Source: Candidatus Marinacidobacterales bacterium (GTDB lineage Bacteria; Acidobacteriota; Vicinamibacteria; Marinacidobacterales; DATDRI01). Taken from it: 64,000 nucleotides of DNA. The first letter of the stretch is position 1. Every line of letters begins with the position of its first letter. Location: contig CBDCNP010000001.1 in assembly GCA_965219415.1 (NCBI GenBank), positions 1-64,000 of the forward strand. Reading direction: 5' to 3'. This document shows, in pieces, positions 23,048-34,327 of the stretch. Both the position numbers and the translations under genes were made by a program. The notes beneath the pieces were generated by a model that had not been told where the DNA came from, made no database searches, and was given only the letters and a program-made list of their open reading frames with translations.

Positions 23048-24577
23048 CTAAAAGTGCAATCCGAACTTGATAATGCTGGAGTATCCTCGGTTGTTGGAAC
23101 CCAACGCCGCCAACGCCGTCCACGCTGTCACTTTCGCACCGACCGAGAAGCGGCTCTTCCGATAGACGCCGTCCAGCCCCAGCAGAATCCCGTCTTCAGG
23201 GGATTCCGTGCTCAGCCTCTCTGCCGATACCCAAGCGACAGTCTCCGTGCCACGGAACGTCCGCTCGATGTCCACTGAACTCCGCAGCGAAAGCTGTCCT
23301 CCACGCCCCAGACGCGCTCGGGCTTCTGCCACTGCCCCAAGGCCACCGATGAGACGATGCGCATGCGGGAACGAAACTCGAGAGTTCACCGCATCCGTGA
23401 AATTGTCTACGGCAACGCTGGTGCGAACCAACCACGCCCGAGGTGTCAGACTTATGTTTCTGTTTCTACCTAGATCGAAGCGGCGGCCCAACTCGGCACC
23501 CAGAGAGTAGCCATCTCCGTCGACGCTCCCCTTGAGCAGGCCCGGTCTGTTTGATGAGAAGTTGATGTTGTAATCGGTCAAAGAGCCGCAGCCGACCGCA
23601 TAGAAGTTACTCCTTCCCCTCCAGGAAACTCCGACCGAGGAGGCTGTCCCCGTCGCTTCGATCTCTCCGCCTCCTGTAGGTGCGGAAACATCCGCGGAAC
23701 CGAGCACGCGGCGCACGGAAAACCAACCGTCAATCCCGCCAAGAGGCACGTTGATGCCAACATCCACCGTGCGGCGCTCAAGACCGTATTCGGTGCCCAC
23801 GCTCGAGCGCACAGCCTCATACGCTACCTTCCCACCCGACAACTGGACCCAGACTGGCCAGCTAGGTGATTCGGGTGGTCCCGGTAACAAGAGACAATTC
23901 CTCGTTGGTCCCATCAGACGAAGCAGGAAATCCGGGACGGCCTCATAAAGGGCTGCTCGGGGTGCATACACTTCCATAAGGCTGGTGAATTCCTTAGGCT
24001 CGGGTTCTGGCTTAGGTTCCGGTTCGGGCTCCGGCTCAGGCGATCGCGTCGATCGATCCTCGTTGAAGTCCTCCACCGAGAAATCCCGATCGGCGATGAT
24101 GCTCGTGGATCTAGCAGAGAGGGTCCATGGGTTCGTGCTGGTATCCACGGTAACACCATCGTCTCTCACCATGACATCCCACGCCCCGTTCGGAGCCGTC
24201 AAACCGGTGCTACCCATCGCACCGTCGTGCAGTTTCACGTCGTTGACGACGATCGTAGTCTCACCGCCGTCGTTGATGATCCAGTCGTCACCGATGACTT
24301 TTTCCACTCGACGGCTGCGGAGAATGAAGAGTTCGTACGTTCGATCTCCGAAGATTGGCATCCCGCGCTCATAGAGGTGCCCGAGCTCGTAAACCTTGTC
24401 CGATTTGACGAGATGGACTGCCTCAAGGATCTTCTTCGGCGTGATCCAATTGGAGCCTCCCGCCTGATCGCCTTCTCCCCCAATAGGGTGGGGCCACCAG
24501 CGTTCCGTTTGCGCTTCGAGCGGAAGTGCCGTCCACACAACGATCAAGAAGCCTAGTCGCGATAACCCTTTCTTCAA
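23048..24577 (-). CDS. Chimeric ORF: cyclase-family N-terminus fused in frame to an autotransporter linker and beta-barrel
   Basis: WWPHPIGGEGDQAGGSNWITP..VYELG..GMP (cyclase-like); PE repeats; YAPRAALYE..; terminal LHF. Confidence 0.6.
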   Translation of the reverse strand: MKKGLSRLGFLIVVWTALPLEAQTERWWPHPIGGEGDQAGGSNWITPKKILEAVHLVKSDKVYELGHLYERGMPIFGDRTYELFILRSRRVEKVIGDDWIINDGGETTIVVNDVKLHDGAMGSTGLTAPNGAWDVMVRDDGVTVDTSTNPWTLSARSTSIIADRDFSVEDFNEDRSTRSPEPEPEPEPKPEPEPKEFTSLMEVYAPRAALYEAVPDFLLRLMGPTRNCLLLPGPPESPSWPVWVQLSGGKVAYEAVRSSVGTEYGLERRTVDVGINVPLGGIDGWFSVRRVLGSADVSAPTGGGEIEATGTASSVGVSWRGRSNFYAVGCGSLTDYNINFSSNRPGLLKGSVDGDGYSLGAELGRRFDLGRNRNISLTPRAWLVRTSVAVDNFTDAVNSRVSFPHAHRLIGGLGAVAEARARLGRGGQLSLRSSVDIERTFRGTETVAWVSAERLSTESPEDGILLGLDGVYRKSRFSVGAKVTAWTALAALGSNNRGYSSIIKFGLHF

Positions 24578-25881
24578 GGCGTCACCTCCATCATCGAATC
24601 CGTCGCTCGCCGATCCCGGACGATTTTCCCGCCCTGAATCACCAGAAGCGGCCGGGTGAGCACTTTGATGTCCTCGAGAGGATTGCCCGGGACCACGATG
24701 AGATCCGCGAGCTTTCCAGTTTCCAAAGTGCCGAGAGAGTCGGCCAAGCCGCACGCCATCGCTCCCACACGAGTTGCGGCCTCGATCGCTTCCTGGTGCG
24801 TGTACCCCCATTTGATGAACTGCTCGAGCTCCTGGATGTAGTAGTTACCGATCTCACCCTGCCTGCCGCCTTCGACATCCGTGGCGATCGCCATCGGCAC
24901 CCCGGCTCCCTGGAGTGCGCGAAATCGATCCTCGGTATCGGCCGGCGTCAACTGGAAGCGGATATCGGATTCGGTTGGCTCACGCGTTCTGCGGCCCACC
25001 CCTCGGATTGTCGGTACCACGATGGTGCCTTTTTCCCTCATCATGGCAATCACTGCGGCTTGGTTTTTCATCGGGTAGAGGTGCTCGATGGTGTCAGCCC
25101 CGGCCGCCACTGCCCACTCCACCATCATCATTTCCGGATCGGAGTACCAGTTGGGTGCCACTGGTTTTCCGCCTTTTCGCCCGCCCGCGTGAACGGCGAT
25201 CATCGCTCCCAAGTTGTGAGTTTCTTCGATCGCGACCTCAATCTCTTCGCGGGTGAAGGGCGAGGTTACCTTGGTAACGTCCGCACCCAGCTTGAAGTTG
25301 GTGCGTATGTTGCGTCGCCACTCGCCCAGCGAGTCCGAGGCCAGGAGCCACTTCGGCTCTACCATGAGCTCGAACTCGGAGGCATGCGCCCCGGTCTGCC
25401 CGATCACGCCGTTCGCGACGATGAGGCGCGGTCCTTCGATGTAGCCTTCGGTCAACGCATGCTTCAGACCGATGCCTACGTTATTGCGCGCTCCGAGATC
25501 GCGCATGAGCGTAATGCCGGCATCTAATGCCTGTCTGAGAATCGCGGAAGCGCGAAGGACGGAAAGAGAATCGTCTTCGAAGTCTCGCGGACCGGCGAGA
25601 TAGAAAGCGGGATGGACGTGAACATCCGCAAGTCCAGGAAGAACGGTTGCTCCCGACGTCGCGATGATTTCCGCGCCCGGGGGAATCCGCACGCTATCCT
25701 TGGGCCCGATCCCGACGATGCGGTCTCCCTCAATGACCACCGCATAGTTTTCTTTGGCGCTGGCACCGGTCGCGTCGATCATTCGGTCGCCGATAACGAC
25801 GATCGTGCTCGTTTCGGTATCCTGCGCGGCGGAGTTAGTGGCCAGCAGGAACGAGGAGAGAAGAAGCGTACCTGGTTTCAT
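24574..25881 (-). CDS. Secreted metal-dependent amidohydrolase (Xaa-Pro dipeptidase-like)
   Basis: LPGLADVHVH, IAVHA, TIEH, IATD, GKLADLIVV. Confidence 0.9.
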   Translation of the reverse strand: MKPGTLLLSSFLLATNSAAQDTETSTIVVIGDRMIDATGASAKENYAVVIEGDRIVGIGPKDSVRIPPGAEIIATSGATVLPGLADVHVHPAFYLAGPRDFEDDSLSVLRASAILRQALDAGITLMRDLGARNNVGIGLKHALTEGYIEGPRLIVANGVIGQTGAHASEFELMVEPKWLLASDSLGEWRRNIRTNFKLGADVTKVTSPFTREEIEVAIEETHNLGAMIAVHAGGRKGGKPVAPNWYSDPEMMMVEWAVAAGADTIEHLYPMKNQAAVIAMMREKGTIVVPTIRGVGRRTREPTESDIRFQLTPADTEDRFRALQGAGVPMAIATDVEGGRQGEIGNYYIQELEQFIKWGYTHQEAIEAATRVGAMACGLADSLGTLETGKLADLIVVPGNPLEDIKVLTRPLLVIQGGKIVRDRRATDSMMEVTP

Positions 25882-26054
25882 GGAATCCTCCGTTCTGATC
25901 CGGAGGATCATATCTCCACTTCCGACGCTACGGAAGCACAAGGGGAAGTCTATTCACCGCCCGCTCAACAGCCGCAAATCTGACGGTTGAGCTGAATTTC
26001 TCACTCCCTGGACTGTGAGTCACGCGAGTGCTCGACATGATCGTGACCCGACCC

Positions 26055-26240
26055 CGTCCTGTGCCAAAACTCGGCCCTTTTGAAATAGGCCATAAATCAG
26101 CAGCTTAGAGTCTGTGTTTGCGACCGGGCCAAGGGCCGTAGGCTTTACAATCGTCTGTCCCGAGGGTGTTATCTTCAGATCCATGATGACGTACCACGTG
26201 CAATTCTTACTGCTCGTTCTAGCTGGCTGGGTCAACCGCC
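26055..26240 (+). mobile_element. A-family left end with transposase 5' stub, cut by IS1
   Basis: Same sequence as 14415-14600. Confidence 0.85.
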
Positions 26241-27441
26241 GGTGCTTCCGCCATCAAGTGTTGCTACGCGGCTGCGGGCAGTGGTACAGGCGCGGAAGAG
26301 ACCGGGTTGCGCGCCCCAGTGAGCAGGAAAACCTCGATCCGCGACCACAAAGGAATCGTCGTCGCCAAGAAGATGTCTCGAAAGGTGAGCCGTCGCGTCG
26401 TCAGACCAGCCTGCATAGCCGGAGTTCGGATCTCACGTCCGAACTTCAGAGCTCCGTGCGGTCGGACGAAGTTGTAATAGCAACGGAGCAATTCCATGTG
26501 CTCATCGAGCTTCTCCGTCGAGCGAGCGTGGGAAAGCGTTCGTCTCGAAAGGTATGCCGAGCTTTGCCGGATGGTCAGATTCAACCGCTCGATGAACGAC
26601 GTGTTCAATGTCGAGGAGTCCTCGGAGTTATTGAGCGCGTCTTCGAATCGCCACGCGGCTCCGTGCAGCGCTCTGCGTTCGACCTTGATGATGCGATCGT
26701 TCCTGCGCGTTTTTAGGACCTGGCCGTAGAGACACGCTGGACCGAAGAAGCGACGGATGACCTTCTGGTAGAATTCGAATCCATCCGTGACGATCAGGGG
26801 AAGACGTCCGAAATTCATCCGCTTCGAAAGGTCGCGAAACAGAGCGTGAGTGTTCCGGTAGCTTCGCCTTCCCGTCACCGTCGATGGCCAGAGCCGAGAC
26901 CAGACCTCGATCGTAACGAAGACCCAACTCGGCGTCTTTTTGTTGCCCGCGAACGTGCGAATCTCGTCGGCTTGAAGCTCTTCGGCAGCGAAGCCGGCGA
27001 TCCTTGTGTGGTTGAATCGACGACACACTTGGGCTGCCTTCTCAAGCCAGCGGGCGACGGTATTCCAGGCAATCCCTTCGATCCGGGAAATCGCGGAAAT
27101 GCTGACACCCTCGACTCTGAGAGCGATGACCCCATCGAAAGTAGCTCTTCGATGTTGGAGACGGTAGTAGGGCGTGCCTTTCGTCGAGGAGAACGTCTTT
27201 CCGCACTCGCCGCACCGGTATCGACGGCGTTTCCCGGACCTCGTTCTGTTAGAATCCGTGGCGAACGATGTTTCCGGAACTGACTTTGCCCCGCAACGGA
27301 CATGCGAGATTGAGACATCTGCGATTCTTCACTTCGGCTCGGCCCTGACGATGAGAGAACTGTGTCTTCGGAATTTTGGTTCTAACTCTAGCACGCAGAC
27401 GGGTTAGGGGTTGGCCGCCAACACTTAATTGCGGAAGCACC
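26241..27441 (-). mobile_element. IS1-family insertion sequence, 1201 bp; +1 frameshift near 27250
   Basis: GGTGCTTCCGC IRs; zinc ribbon + HTH + LQADE, IVTDG, IERLN DDE motifs; no TSD. Confidence 0.9.
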
Positions 27442-27448
27442 CGGTGCG

Positions 27449-28528
27449 TCACCGAGGCCGGTCTCTTCCCAGGCTTTCTAGAAGTTCCACAAGTCTCTCG
27501 GCAAGGCCCTTGATGCCGTGCAAGCGCACGACCCGCTCGCGAAGGTAGAGCCCCATGTGCAGCCGCTCTTCCTCAGGGAGAGTCAGCAGCTCTAGCAGGC
27601 GAGAGGATAAATCGTTCGGATCTCCTGGGCGGAAGAGTAGCTGGTCTGAGTACTGGCCGAGCGTTTCGCGGAAGTCCTCGTTCGCGGTGAGCGTAGGCCT
27701 CGCGCACGCCTGTGATTCCAGCGCGACCTTGTCCCCGAAACCCACCCCGGTCAAGTTCACATGCACAGCACACCGTCGATACCATGTCGGAAGCTCTGCT
27801 GGCGTCACGCCATCGTGAAAATGAACGATATCCTCGATGTCGAGATCACGCGCAAGTTCTTTCAGAGAGCTCCGATAGTCGACATCCGACGGCCTCGCCG
27901 GGTTGCCGAGAATCACCACCTGGAATTGCCCTTGAAAACGTTGTCTGAGCATCGCGACCGCTTTCAGCAGCGTAACGTGATCCTTCACGGGAGAAAGTCG
28001 TCCCGCGCAAAGGATCAGGGCAGGAAGCTGTGGCCTAGTCTCGTCGGGCGCGAACCAATCGGTATCGATCCCGTGACCGAGCACGCGGAGCTTGTCCGGG
28101 TCGTAGGGATAGCTGGAAGGGAGGCTGGTCACCATCTGATCCGAGAGACGATGGGCGAGCCTCAACTGCAGCGTGAGGCTCGGGTGCGTGTACCAGGTGA
28201 CGATCGGAACGCCCTTGGGCCGGAGCAGGGGCGCCGCTAGAACTGTGAAAAGTGGAAACATGTGCGAAAAACAAGCGTCAATCGGCTCGTTGCGGAGGAC
28301 CTCTAACAGGATCCGGTAGAACTCCACGATGCGACGAGGCCGGCTATAACCCGCCTCCTTGCCGACGGAGTCACACCGGACGTTCTCAGGAAGCTCGATA
28401 CGGCCTGCACGCATCGTGATGACGTGAATCCGCTCGACCTTCGTCGCAATCGCCTGAATCCACCGACTGGTGAAACCCAGCACCGGATCGTCGACGTCGG
28501 TGGCGAGATTGAACCACAAGAGTCGCAC
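27449..28528 (-). CDS. GT4-family glycosyltransferase
   Basis: GHGIDTDWF, AGRLSPVKDH, DKVALES. Confidence 0.9.
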   Translation of the reverse strand: MRLLWFNLATDVDDPVLGFTSRWIQAIATKVERIHVITMRAGRIELPENVRCDSVGKEAGYSRPRRIVEFYRILLEVLRNEPIDACFSHMFPLFTVLAAPLLRPKGVPIVTWYTHPSLTLQLRLAHRLSDQMVTSLPSSYPYDPDKLRVLGHGIDTDWFAPDETRPQLPALILCAGRLSPVKDHVTLLKAVAMLRQRFQGQFQVVILGNPARPSDVDYRSSLKELARDLDIEDIVHFHDGVTPAELPTWYRRCAVHVNLTGVGFGDKVALESQACARPTLTANEDFRETLGQYSDQLLFRPGDPNDLSSRLLELLTLPEEERLHMGLYLRERVVRLHGIKGLAERLVELLESLGRDRPR

Positions 28529-28531
28529 AAG

Positions 28532-29815
28532 TCAGTCGGTTGCAACGCCTGATTGGTGCGAATCGAGAGCCAGCGAGAAGGCCTGCCGGTACCCCTGGAC
28601 ATAGCGGTGGGTCGAGAAGTAAACCCGCGCGAACTTTCTGGCGTCTCGCCCCATCTCAACGGCGCGATCTGGGTGGGCAAGTACCCAGCTCATTCGGGCC
28701 GCGAGTTCTCCGACATCTCCGGGCGGCACCAGGAATCCGGTCTCACCGTCGGAGACGAGCTCCACGATTCCTCCGACGCGGCTGGCTACGACGAGGGTCC
28801 CGGCCGCCATCGACTCGAACACGACCCGCCCGAGGCCTTCGGACAAGGAAGGAAGAACCAGTGCCGCCGCTCGTGCCATGTATCGGGCCAGCTCGGACTG
28901 AGGCATAGGCGGCAGGAAGGTCACGCATGTCCGCAGATGGAGCTGCTCGACCCTGGCTGTGAGCAAGCCGACGTACTCGGGATCGTCGATCCGACCTACG
29001 ATACAGAGTCGCGCCTCGGGCGCCTGCCGGGTAACGAGTGCGAAGGCCTCGATGAGCCGGTCCACCGCCTTTCCTGGCGTGAGCATTCCCGCGAAGAGAA
29101 TGAGCTTCGAATCCTTGGGCTCCTGCGCGTAGGCTGCGAGGAACGTTGCCATGTCGGTCCAGGCGGGAAAGCTCACGATGGGCTTTCCCGGAGCCCATCG
29201 TGAAAGCTGTTCGCTGGTGGAACGCGAGACGGCGCGAAGTGCATCGGCACGACGTAGCGCGAATCCGGATATTCGAAGAATGAGCCATCGGAAGAGTCCG
29301 GCGAAGCGAGGCCGCCTCTGCAAAAAAGGGGCCTGCTCAAAGTCACCGTGGCTTTCGACAAGAAGAGCTACATGCCTGCCAAAGAGCCGTGATATCCGCT
29401 TCGCAACCGCCCCGCAGAGACCTTCGTAGGGGCCTTGCGTCACGATCACTGTGACTCCATGAACGAGGATCCAATTCAAGGTGACAACAAGCCCCGCGGA
29501 ATACAGCATGAGGTATCGAAACACGGGTGACACAAGGGAAGGAAGCAGGAAGAAGGAGGCTCCATCCTTAAACCACACGGGTCGAAGGCTTGTCGCGAAC
29601 CCTACAACGAAGATTCTACCAATGGTCTCGAGTGATCGAAACTTCTTCGCGCTTGTCGCGTCCAGCGGCTGGCTGTAATAAACGCTGCTGACGAAGCACA
29701 CCTGGAACCGGGCGTCGGAAGCTTCTGCTTGCCCGTCCTCGCTTTCCACGAGGGGGGCCTCGCTGCAGGTGTGGTCGAGAGAGTGGTTGCTTTGAGGTGA
29801 GCCATCTCCTAGCAT
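28532..29815 (-). CDS. GT4-family glycosyltransferase
   Basis: PSLSEGLGRVVFESMAAG, SRVGGIVELV. Confidence 0.92.
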   Translation of the reverse strand: MLGDGSPQSNHSLDHTCSEAPLVESEDGQAEASDARFQVCFVSSVYYSQPLDATSAKKFRSLETIGRIFVVGFATSLRPVWFKDGASFFLLPSLVSPVFRYLMLYSAGLVVTLNWILVHGVTVIVTQGPYEGLCGAVAKRISRLFGRHVALLVESHGDFEQAPFLQRRPRFAGLFRWLILRISGFALRRADALRAVSRSTSEQLSRWAPGKPIVSFPAWTDMATFLAAYAQEPKDSKLILFAGMLTPGKAVDRLIEAFALVTRQAPEARLCIVGRIDDPEYVGLLTARVEQLHLRTCVTFLPPMPQSELARYMARAAALVLPSLSEGLGRVVFESMAAGTLVVASRVGGIVELVSDGETGFLVPPGDVGELAARMSWVLAHPDRAVEMGRDARKFARVYFSTHRYVQGYRQAFSLALDSHQSGVATD

Positions 29816-30043
29816 ATCGGCTTCGCTATGATACCAGGCTCGACTCTAATGCGTCACTGGGTGGCGGCAGCGATTCTCCGTTCTTGAAGACCCCTTTTTC
29901 GGACTCCTCAAGCGAAGAAGCCCGCAAGGTTTCCTCCGAGCTGGAAAGTCTGGCGCAAACGACATCCCGCGCCGTCGCGTGGAATGTCGCCCTCGTTCCA
30001 CTCCTGGCGATTCTCTCTCTTGAGCTCAGTGCTCGTAGCGCGA

Positions 30044-30138
30044 GCAGCCATCAAGTGTTGGCGGCCGCCGCATGACCCGCTTGACACTAGCATTCAAATG
30101 CCTCTAGCGGCGTAGCAACACTTGATGGCAGGAGCACC
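30044..30138. mobile_element. Degenerate IS1-type mini-element
   Basis: CCATCAAGTGTTGG ... TAGCAACACTTGATGG inverted ends. Confidence 0.65.
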
Positions 30139-30351
30139 CCCTCAATGTTAATCTTTGTGCCTCAAATAGCCGGAGGAGGATGTTAGGAGGAAGGGCAGGA
30201 AAATCAAGGCAGGAACTGCAGGAACACAGGAAAACGAAGAATCACGGGGAGCGCGCATGACGATTCCCTTTTTCCGTGATTTTCCTTTCCTGTGATTCCT
30301 ATCGTTCTTGTGTTTCTGCCGGACTTCAATTCTTGCTCCAGGGGAGGATGA

Positions 30352-31053
30352 ATGAGAAACGCGACGATAAACCACGCACTGGTCTTCATGCTGGCTCTGG
30401 CCGCCCACGCTGCAGCGCAAGCGCCAAGCGCCGCAACCAAAGCGGTGGAGGGGCTTTGGGCCTATACCACTCCCAAGCCGTGGGGAAATGAAGAGTTCGC
30501 TCTCACCGGAATGTTCGTCTTCAAGGACGGGAAGTTCGTCCAGCAATCCATTAACAACGGAGAACCCTTCGAAGCGCAAGGAGCGATGGCGCATGCGGGG
30601 ACCTATCGCGAGGGGCGGCACGGGATCGAACTGTTCGCCGAACAAACGATCAGTGTCTCGCCCGACAAGACACCGCCGTTCTCAGAGCTGGGTAGAACAG
30701 AGCACAAGCTATCGGTGGAGCGTTTTGGGGAAACCCTGGTGATCACGTTCGGCAGCGAAACGGTGCAGACCTTCAGGCGGCTCGGAGACGCCGAGGGTGA
30801 GATTTATTCCCTCGACGGTGGGATGCTGGCTCTTGTTGATGGTCGCTTCGTCTTGGTTGCAGCCCGAGACGACGGCGTGGTCACTGGGTGTGGGGCCTTC
30901 GAGCGTGAAGGAGACTACTACACTCTGGAAGTTCTGCGCTGGGCGGAAGCTCAGGCAACGAAGGTGTCCTACCGGCGCAACGACACGACGACCGCGAGCT
31001 TCGACGGTACACAACTCACATTGTCGGATGGAGAGAGCTTCCGAGTGAAATAG
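30352..31053 (+). CDS. Secreted protein of unknown function (lipocalin-like beta domains)
   Basis: Signal peptide ending AHAAAQA; VEGLW; GGAGG RBS. Confidence 0.7.
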   Translation: MRNATINHALVFMLALAAHAAAQAPSAATKAVEGLWAYTTPKPWGNEEFALTGMFVFKDGKFVQQSINNGEPFEAQGAMAHAGTYREGRHGIELFAEQTISVSPDKTPPFSELGRTEHKLSVERFGETLVITFGSETVQTFRRLGDAEGEIYSLDGGMLALVDGRFVLVAARDDGVVTGCGAFEREGDYYTLEVLRWAEAQATKVSYRRNDTTTASFDGTQLTLSDGESFRVK

Positions 31054-31061
31054 ACCGACCC

Positions 31062-31400
31062 CGTCCTGTGCCAAAACTCGGCCCCTTTGAAATAGGCCAT
31101 AAATCAGCAACTTAGTGTCTGTGTTTGCGACCGGGCCAAGGGCCGTGGGCTTTACAATCGTCTTGGGCGGGCGGGTCGTCACCATGCAGATGACCACCTA
31201 GCCGAGAGCGAATATCGAAGCGTGTGCCTGAAGCTGTTTCCACGCTACGCCGGTAGAGCGCACCGAGGGGCTACCGTCGCCGGCGACCATCTACGCAGCA
31301 CGGCAGTAGTAGTTGAGAATGCCCCCAAGTCGCTCTCGCGACACGATGGGGCCAGCGTCATTCGCACTTGCCTACAGAGGTGTGAGGAGCTTGTTGCCGA
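31062..31400 (-). mobile_element. A-family right end with transposase 3' tail
   Basis: Homologous to 55159-55500. Confidence 0.85.
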
Positions 31401-31704
31401 GAGAGGAGGCTCTCGCCGGTCTTACTTGCTCAAGGCCGGCACTCCGAGCCTCTTCAATCGCGCCGCGACATCCGCTCCCGCGCTGTGCGTGTTGACGCTT
31501 CTGTCGGATCTTGCCTTCGGCGTCGACATAGTAAGTCCAGCGGTGCGGCAATTCACGCTCCGCCGTTACGACCCCGTCCTGTGCCAAAACTCGGCCCTTT
31601 TGAAATAGACCACAAATCAGCAGCTTAGACGCCCTTGGAATCCGTGCAGAATCCAGGGTATTTCGCGCCGCAGGGCTGACTTCCGACCCATGGGGCTGGC
31701 AGAT

Positions 31705-31813
31705 GCGCGGCATTGCTCTCCGCATTCCGACGATCGAGTATTTTCGAGAACTCGTCGCTGTAACCCATGGTGTAGGAAGACGGGGGAGTATTCAGGTTCT
31801 GATTACTGTTCAT
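31705..31813 (-). pseudogene. 5' fragment of a probable SAM-dependent methyltransferase, cut by a partial D-A MITE (31575-31704)
   Basis: YTMGYSDEF..LDRRNAESNAAHL N-terminus. Confidence 0.5.
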
Positions 31814-31855
31814 TGTTTGTTCCCTCTTGGTCCGTTGCGCCCATTGATCCGTGCG

Positions 31856-34327
31856 TCAGAATTTGAACTTCACCTCGCCCAACACGGTCCGCAGCAGCAG
31901 GTCGCCGAAGATGTGCTGCTGGACGGTCTGGTTGAACAGGTTGTTTACCTTGACGGCCGTCGTGATGGCGCCTCCCTGCCACTTCACCCCGAAGCTGCCG
32001 TTCACCGTGGCGTACCCCTCGGTGTAGCCATGGAACCCGGCCGTGAGCACGTCGCTCCAGAACGCGCCGGTCGCGGCGTTCACCGAGGCAGAGCCCAGTA
32101 ACCGCGACCCGTTCCAGCTCATCTCCGCGTTGAACCGGTGCGTCGGGGGCAGGTTGAGCTCCGCCGGCAGATACGGGTTCGGATTGTCCAGGATCTCCGG
32201 TTTGGACTGCCATGAGTAGTTGATGGACGTGGCTAGCAACCGTGAGACCTTTTGATCGAGCCACAGCTCCACACCGGTCTGGCGGATCGGACCCAGATTC
32301 AGGTACGTGAACGCGGTTCGAGGCAGAAAAATCCCTAACTGCGCCATCTGCGTCAGCACGAACGGCGGGAGCTGCCATCCGGGCGGTGGACTCGCCGCGG
32401 TATATGGGTCGAGTGACTGCGGCAGTGCGGTGAAATTGATGGAGTCATCCCGCCGATTGACGAAGAACGAGCCGCCGAACGTCGTCCCGCGCGGGAGTAC
32501 GCCGGTGTAGCTCACTTCGTACGCCGTCAACGATTCCTCCGTCAGCTCGTCCTGAGGCATCCGGCCGATCGGGATGTCGCTGCCGACCGCGTTGACGATG
32601 AGCGGAAACGGCTGGGCGACCGCCGGCTGCAGCACCGGCGGCAGAAGTGGCGCCAAGCCGCTGAGATCCACTGGGGTAACGATGCTCGTCTGCAGGGCGT
32701 TGTTGATAGCCGACGGTGCGCGGTATGCTTGGTTGAACGACAGCGTGATGGAGTGGTCCTCTGTCGGCTTGACGATGAACGCGATGCGCGGTGAGAACTT
32801 CGGGGCAGACAGGTTGCCGAACTTATCGACGCGTCCGCCCAGAACGAGGCGGAACCGTTCCCAGAAGATTTCGTCCTGTAGGTACCCGCCTACCTCAAGG
32901 CGGTTCTCGCCAAGCGGTGTGAGGGTGATGTCGAAGTTGTTCTGTCGCACGTTGCCGCCGTAGCTTAGCCGGTGCCGGCTTCCGAGGAACACCGAGTGGC
33001 CGATCTCGCCGTCGTACGTCTGTGTTTTGAAGTTGAGTTGCAGCGGCATCCCGGTGGCGACGTCCGGCAGCAGCAGGTTCGGCGCCTTGCTGTCCCCGAA
33101 GTTCGTGAAGAACTGCAGCCGCAAGGCGCCCCGCGTATAGTTTACCTTGGCGTATCCCATATACGATCCCCGCTGGATATCGAATGGACCGATACCGCTG
33201 TGGATAAGCCCCTCCGTGCCAGCCACGCCGCCGGAATAGGTGATGGTGGCGTCGGACAACTCGTGGTCCACCCGCACATCGAATTTGGGCTGGCTGGTGC
33301 CCCGGTTCGCGAATCCGGTCCCAAAACCGACGGCAGCCGAGTCGAGCGGATAGAATGACCCGCCCACCGTCTGGCCCGGCTGCCGCGGGTCGTCACTCAC
33401 CGGGATCCGGCCGACCGGCCGCGAGAACGCGTCGGATGTGAAGTACCCGGCGCTGACGCGGTACGACAACCGGTCGCTTGGCGCCCGCGTCACCGTCGCG
33501 TTGGCGCCGAACATCGACCCGGCTCCGAGTCCGACGCCCGAACCGTCGTTGCGGTCGATATACCCGCCGCTGAGGGTCACCGTCGTGCCGACCGATTCCC
33601 GCGGCGGCTTGGTGATGATATTGACTGCCCCGGTCATCGCGTTAGCACCCCACACCGCCGAGGCTGGCCCGCGCACCACCTCGATCTGCTCCACGTCTTC
33701 GAGACTCGTCGGGACCAAGTCCCACATCACGAGCCCGAAGAAGTCGAGGTAGGCGCTGCGCCCATCCACCAGCAAGAGTTGCGTGTTGGTCAGCGTATTG
33801 CCGGCGCTGCGGCTAGCCACCTGTACGTCGCGCGCCGAGAGCTGGATGACGTTGACGCCCGGCGTCGCGCGTAGGAGGTCGCCGTAGTTTTGCGCCGACG
33901 TGGTTTCGAGCTTGGCCGCCGAGATGACAGACGTCGATACGGGCGCATTGAGCAATCGCACCTCATTGCGCGACGCGGTCACGACCACCGTCTCGCCAAA
34001 GCTGGTGAGCTGCAGTTCGACCGGCGCCAGCTCCAGCGCCCCGCCAGAAACCGTCACGTCCTCGACCGTTGCGTCGGAGAAGCTGGCCAGCGAAACGGTA
34101 AGCGTGTAGTTACCGGACGCGACCTCGTCTAGCTCGAAGTTGCCCTGCTCGTCGGTATACGTGGTGCGCGGTACCCCTTTGCCGCGTAATGTCACGGTGG
34201 CACCCCGCAACACCAGCCCGGTCTGGTCTATCACGCTGCCGGCAACGCTGCCGGTCTGCGCCGATCCGGACGCCGGCCATATGACGAACAGGAAAAGGCA
34301 CAAAATTCCAACGGGACGAATCATCAA
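31856..34327 (-). CDS. TonB-dependent receptor with N-terminal carboxypeptidase-regulatory-like domain
   Basis: ETVVVTASR TonB box; IEVVRGPASAVWGANAMTGAVNIITK; terminal F. Confidence 0.95.
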   Translation of the reverse strand: MMIRPVGILCLFLFVIWPASGSAQTGSVAGSVIDQTGLVLRGATVTLRGKGVPRTTYTDEQGNFELDEVASGNYTLTVSLASFSDATVEDVTVSGGALELAPVELQLTSFGETVVVTASRNEVRLLNAPVSTSVISAAKLETTSAQNYGDLLRATPGVNVIQLSARDVQVASRSAGNTLTNTQLLLVDGRSAYLDFFGLVMWDLVPTSLEDVEQIEVVRGPASAVWGANAMTGAVNIITKPPRESVGTTVTLSGGYIDRNDGSGVGLGAGSMFGANATVTRAPSDRLSYRVSAGYFTSDAFSRPVGRIPVSDDPRQPGQTVGGSFYPLDSAAVGFGTGFANRGTSQPKFDVRVDHELSDATITYSGGVAGTEGLIHSGIGPFDIQRGSYMGYAKVNYTRGALRLQFFTNFGDSKAPNLLLPDVATGMPLQLNFKTQTYDGEIGHSVFLGSRHRLSYGGNVRQNNFDITLTPLGENRLEVGGYLQDEIFWERFRLVLGGRVDKFGNLSAPKFSPRIAFIVKPTEDHSITLSFNQAYRAPSAINNALQTSIVTPVDLSGLAPLLPPVLQPAVAQPFPLIVNAVGSDIPIGRMPQDELTEESLTAYEVSYTGVLPRGTTFGGSFFVNRRDDSINFTALPQSLDPYTAASPPPGWQLPPFVLTQMAQLGIFLPRTAFTYLNLGPIRQTGVELWLDQKVSRLLATSINYSWQSKPEILDNPNPYLPAELNLPPTHRFNAEMSWNGSRLLGSASVNAATGAFWSDVLTAGFHGYTEGYATVNGSFGVKWQGGAITTAVKVNNLFNQTVQQHIFGDLLLRTVLGEVKFKF

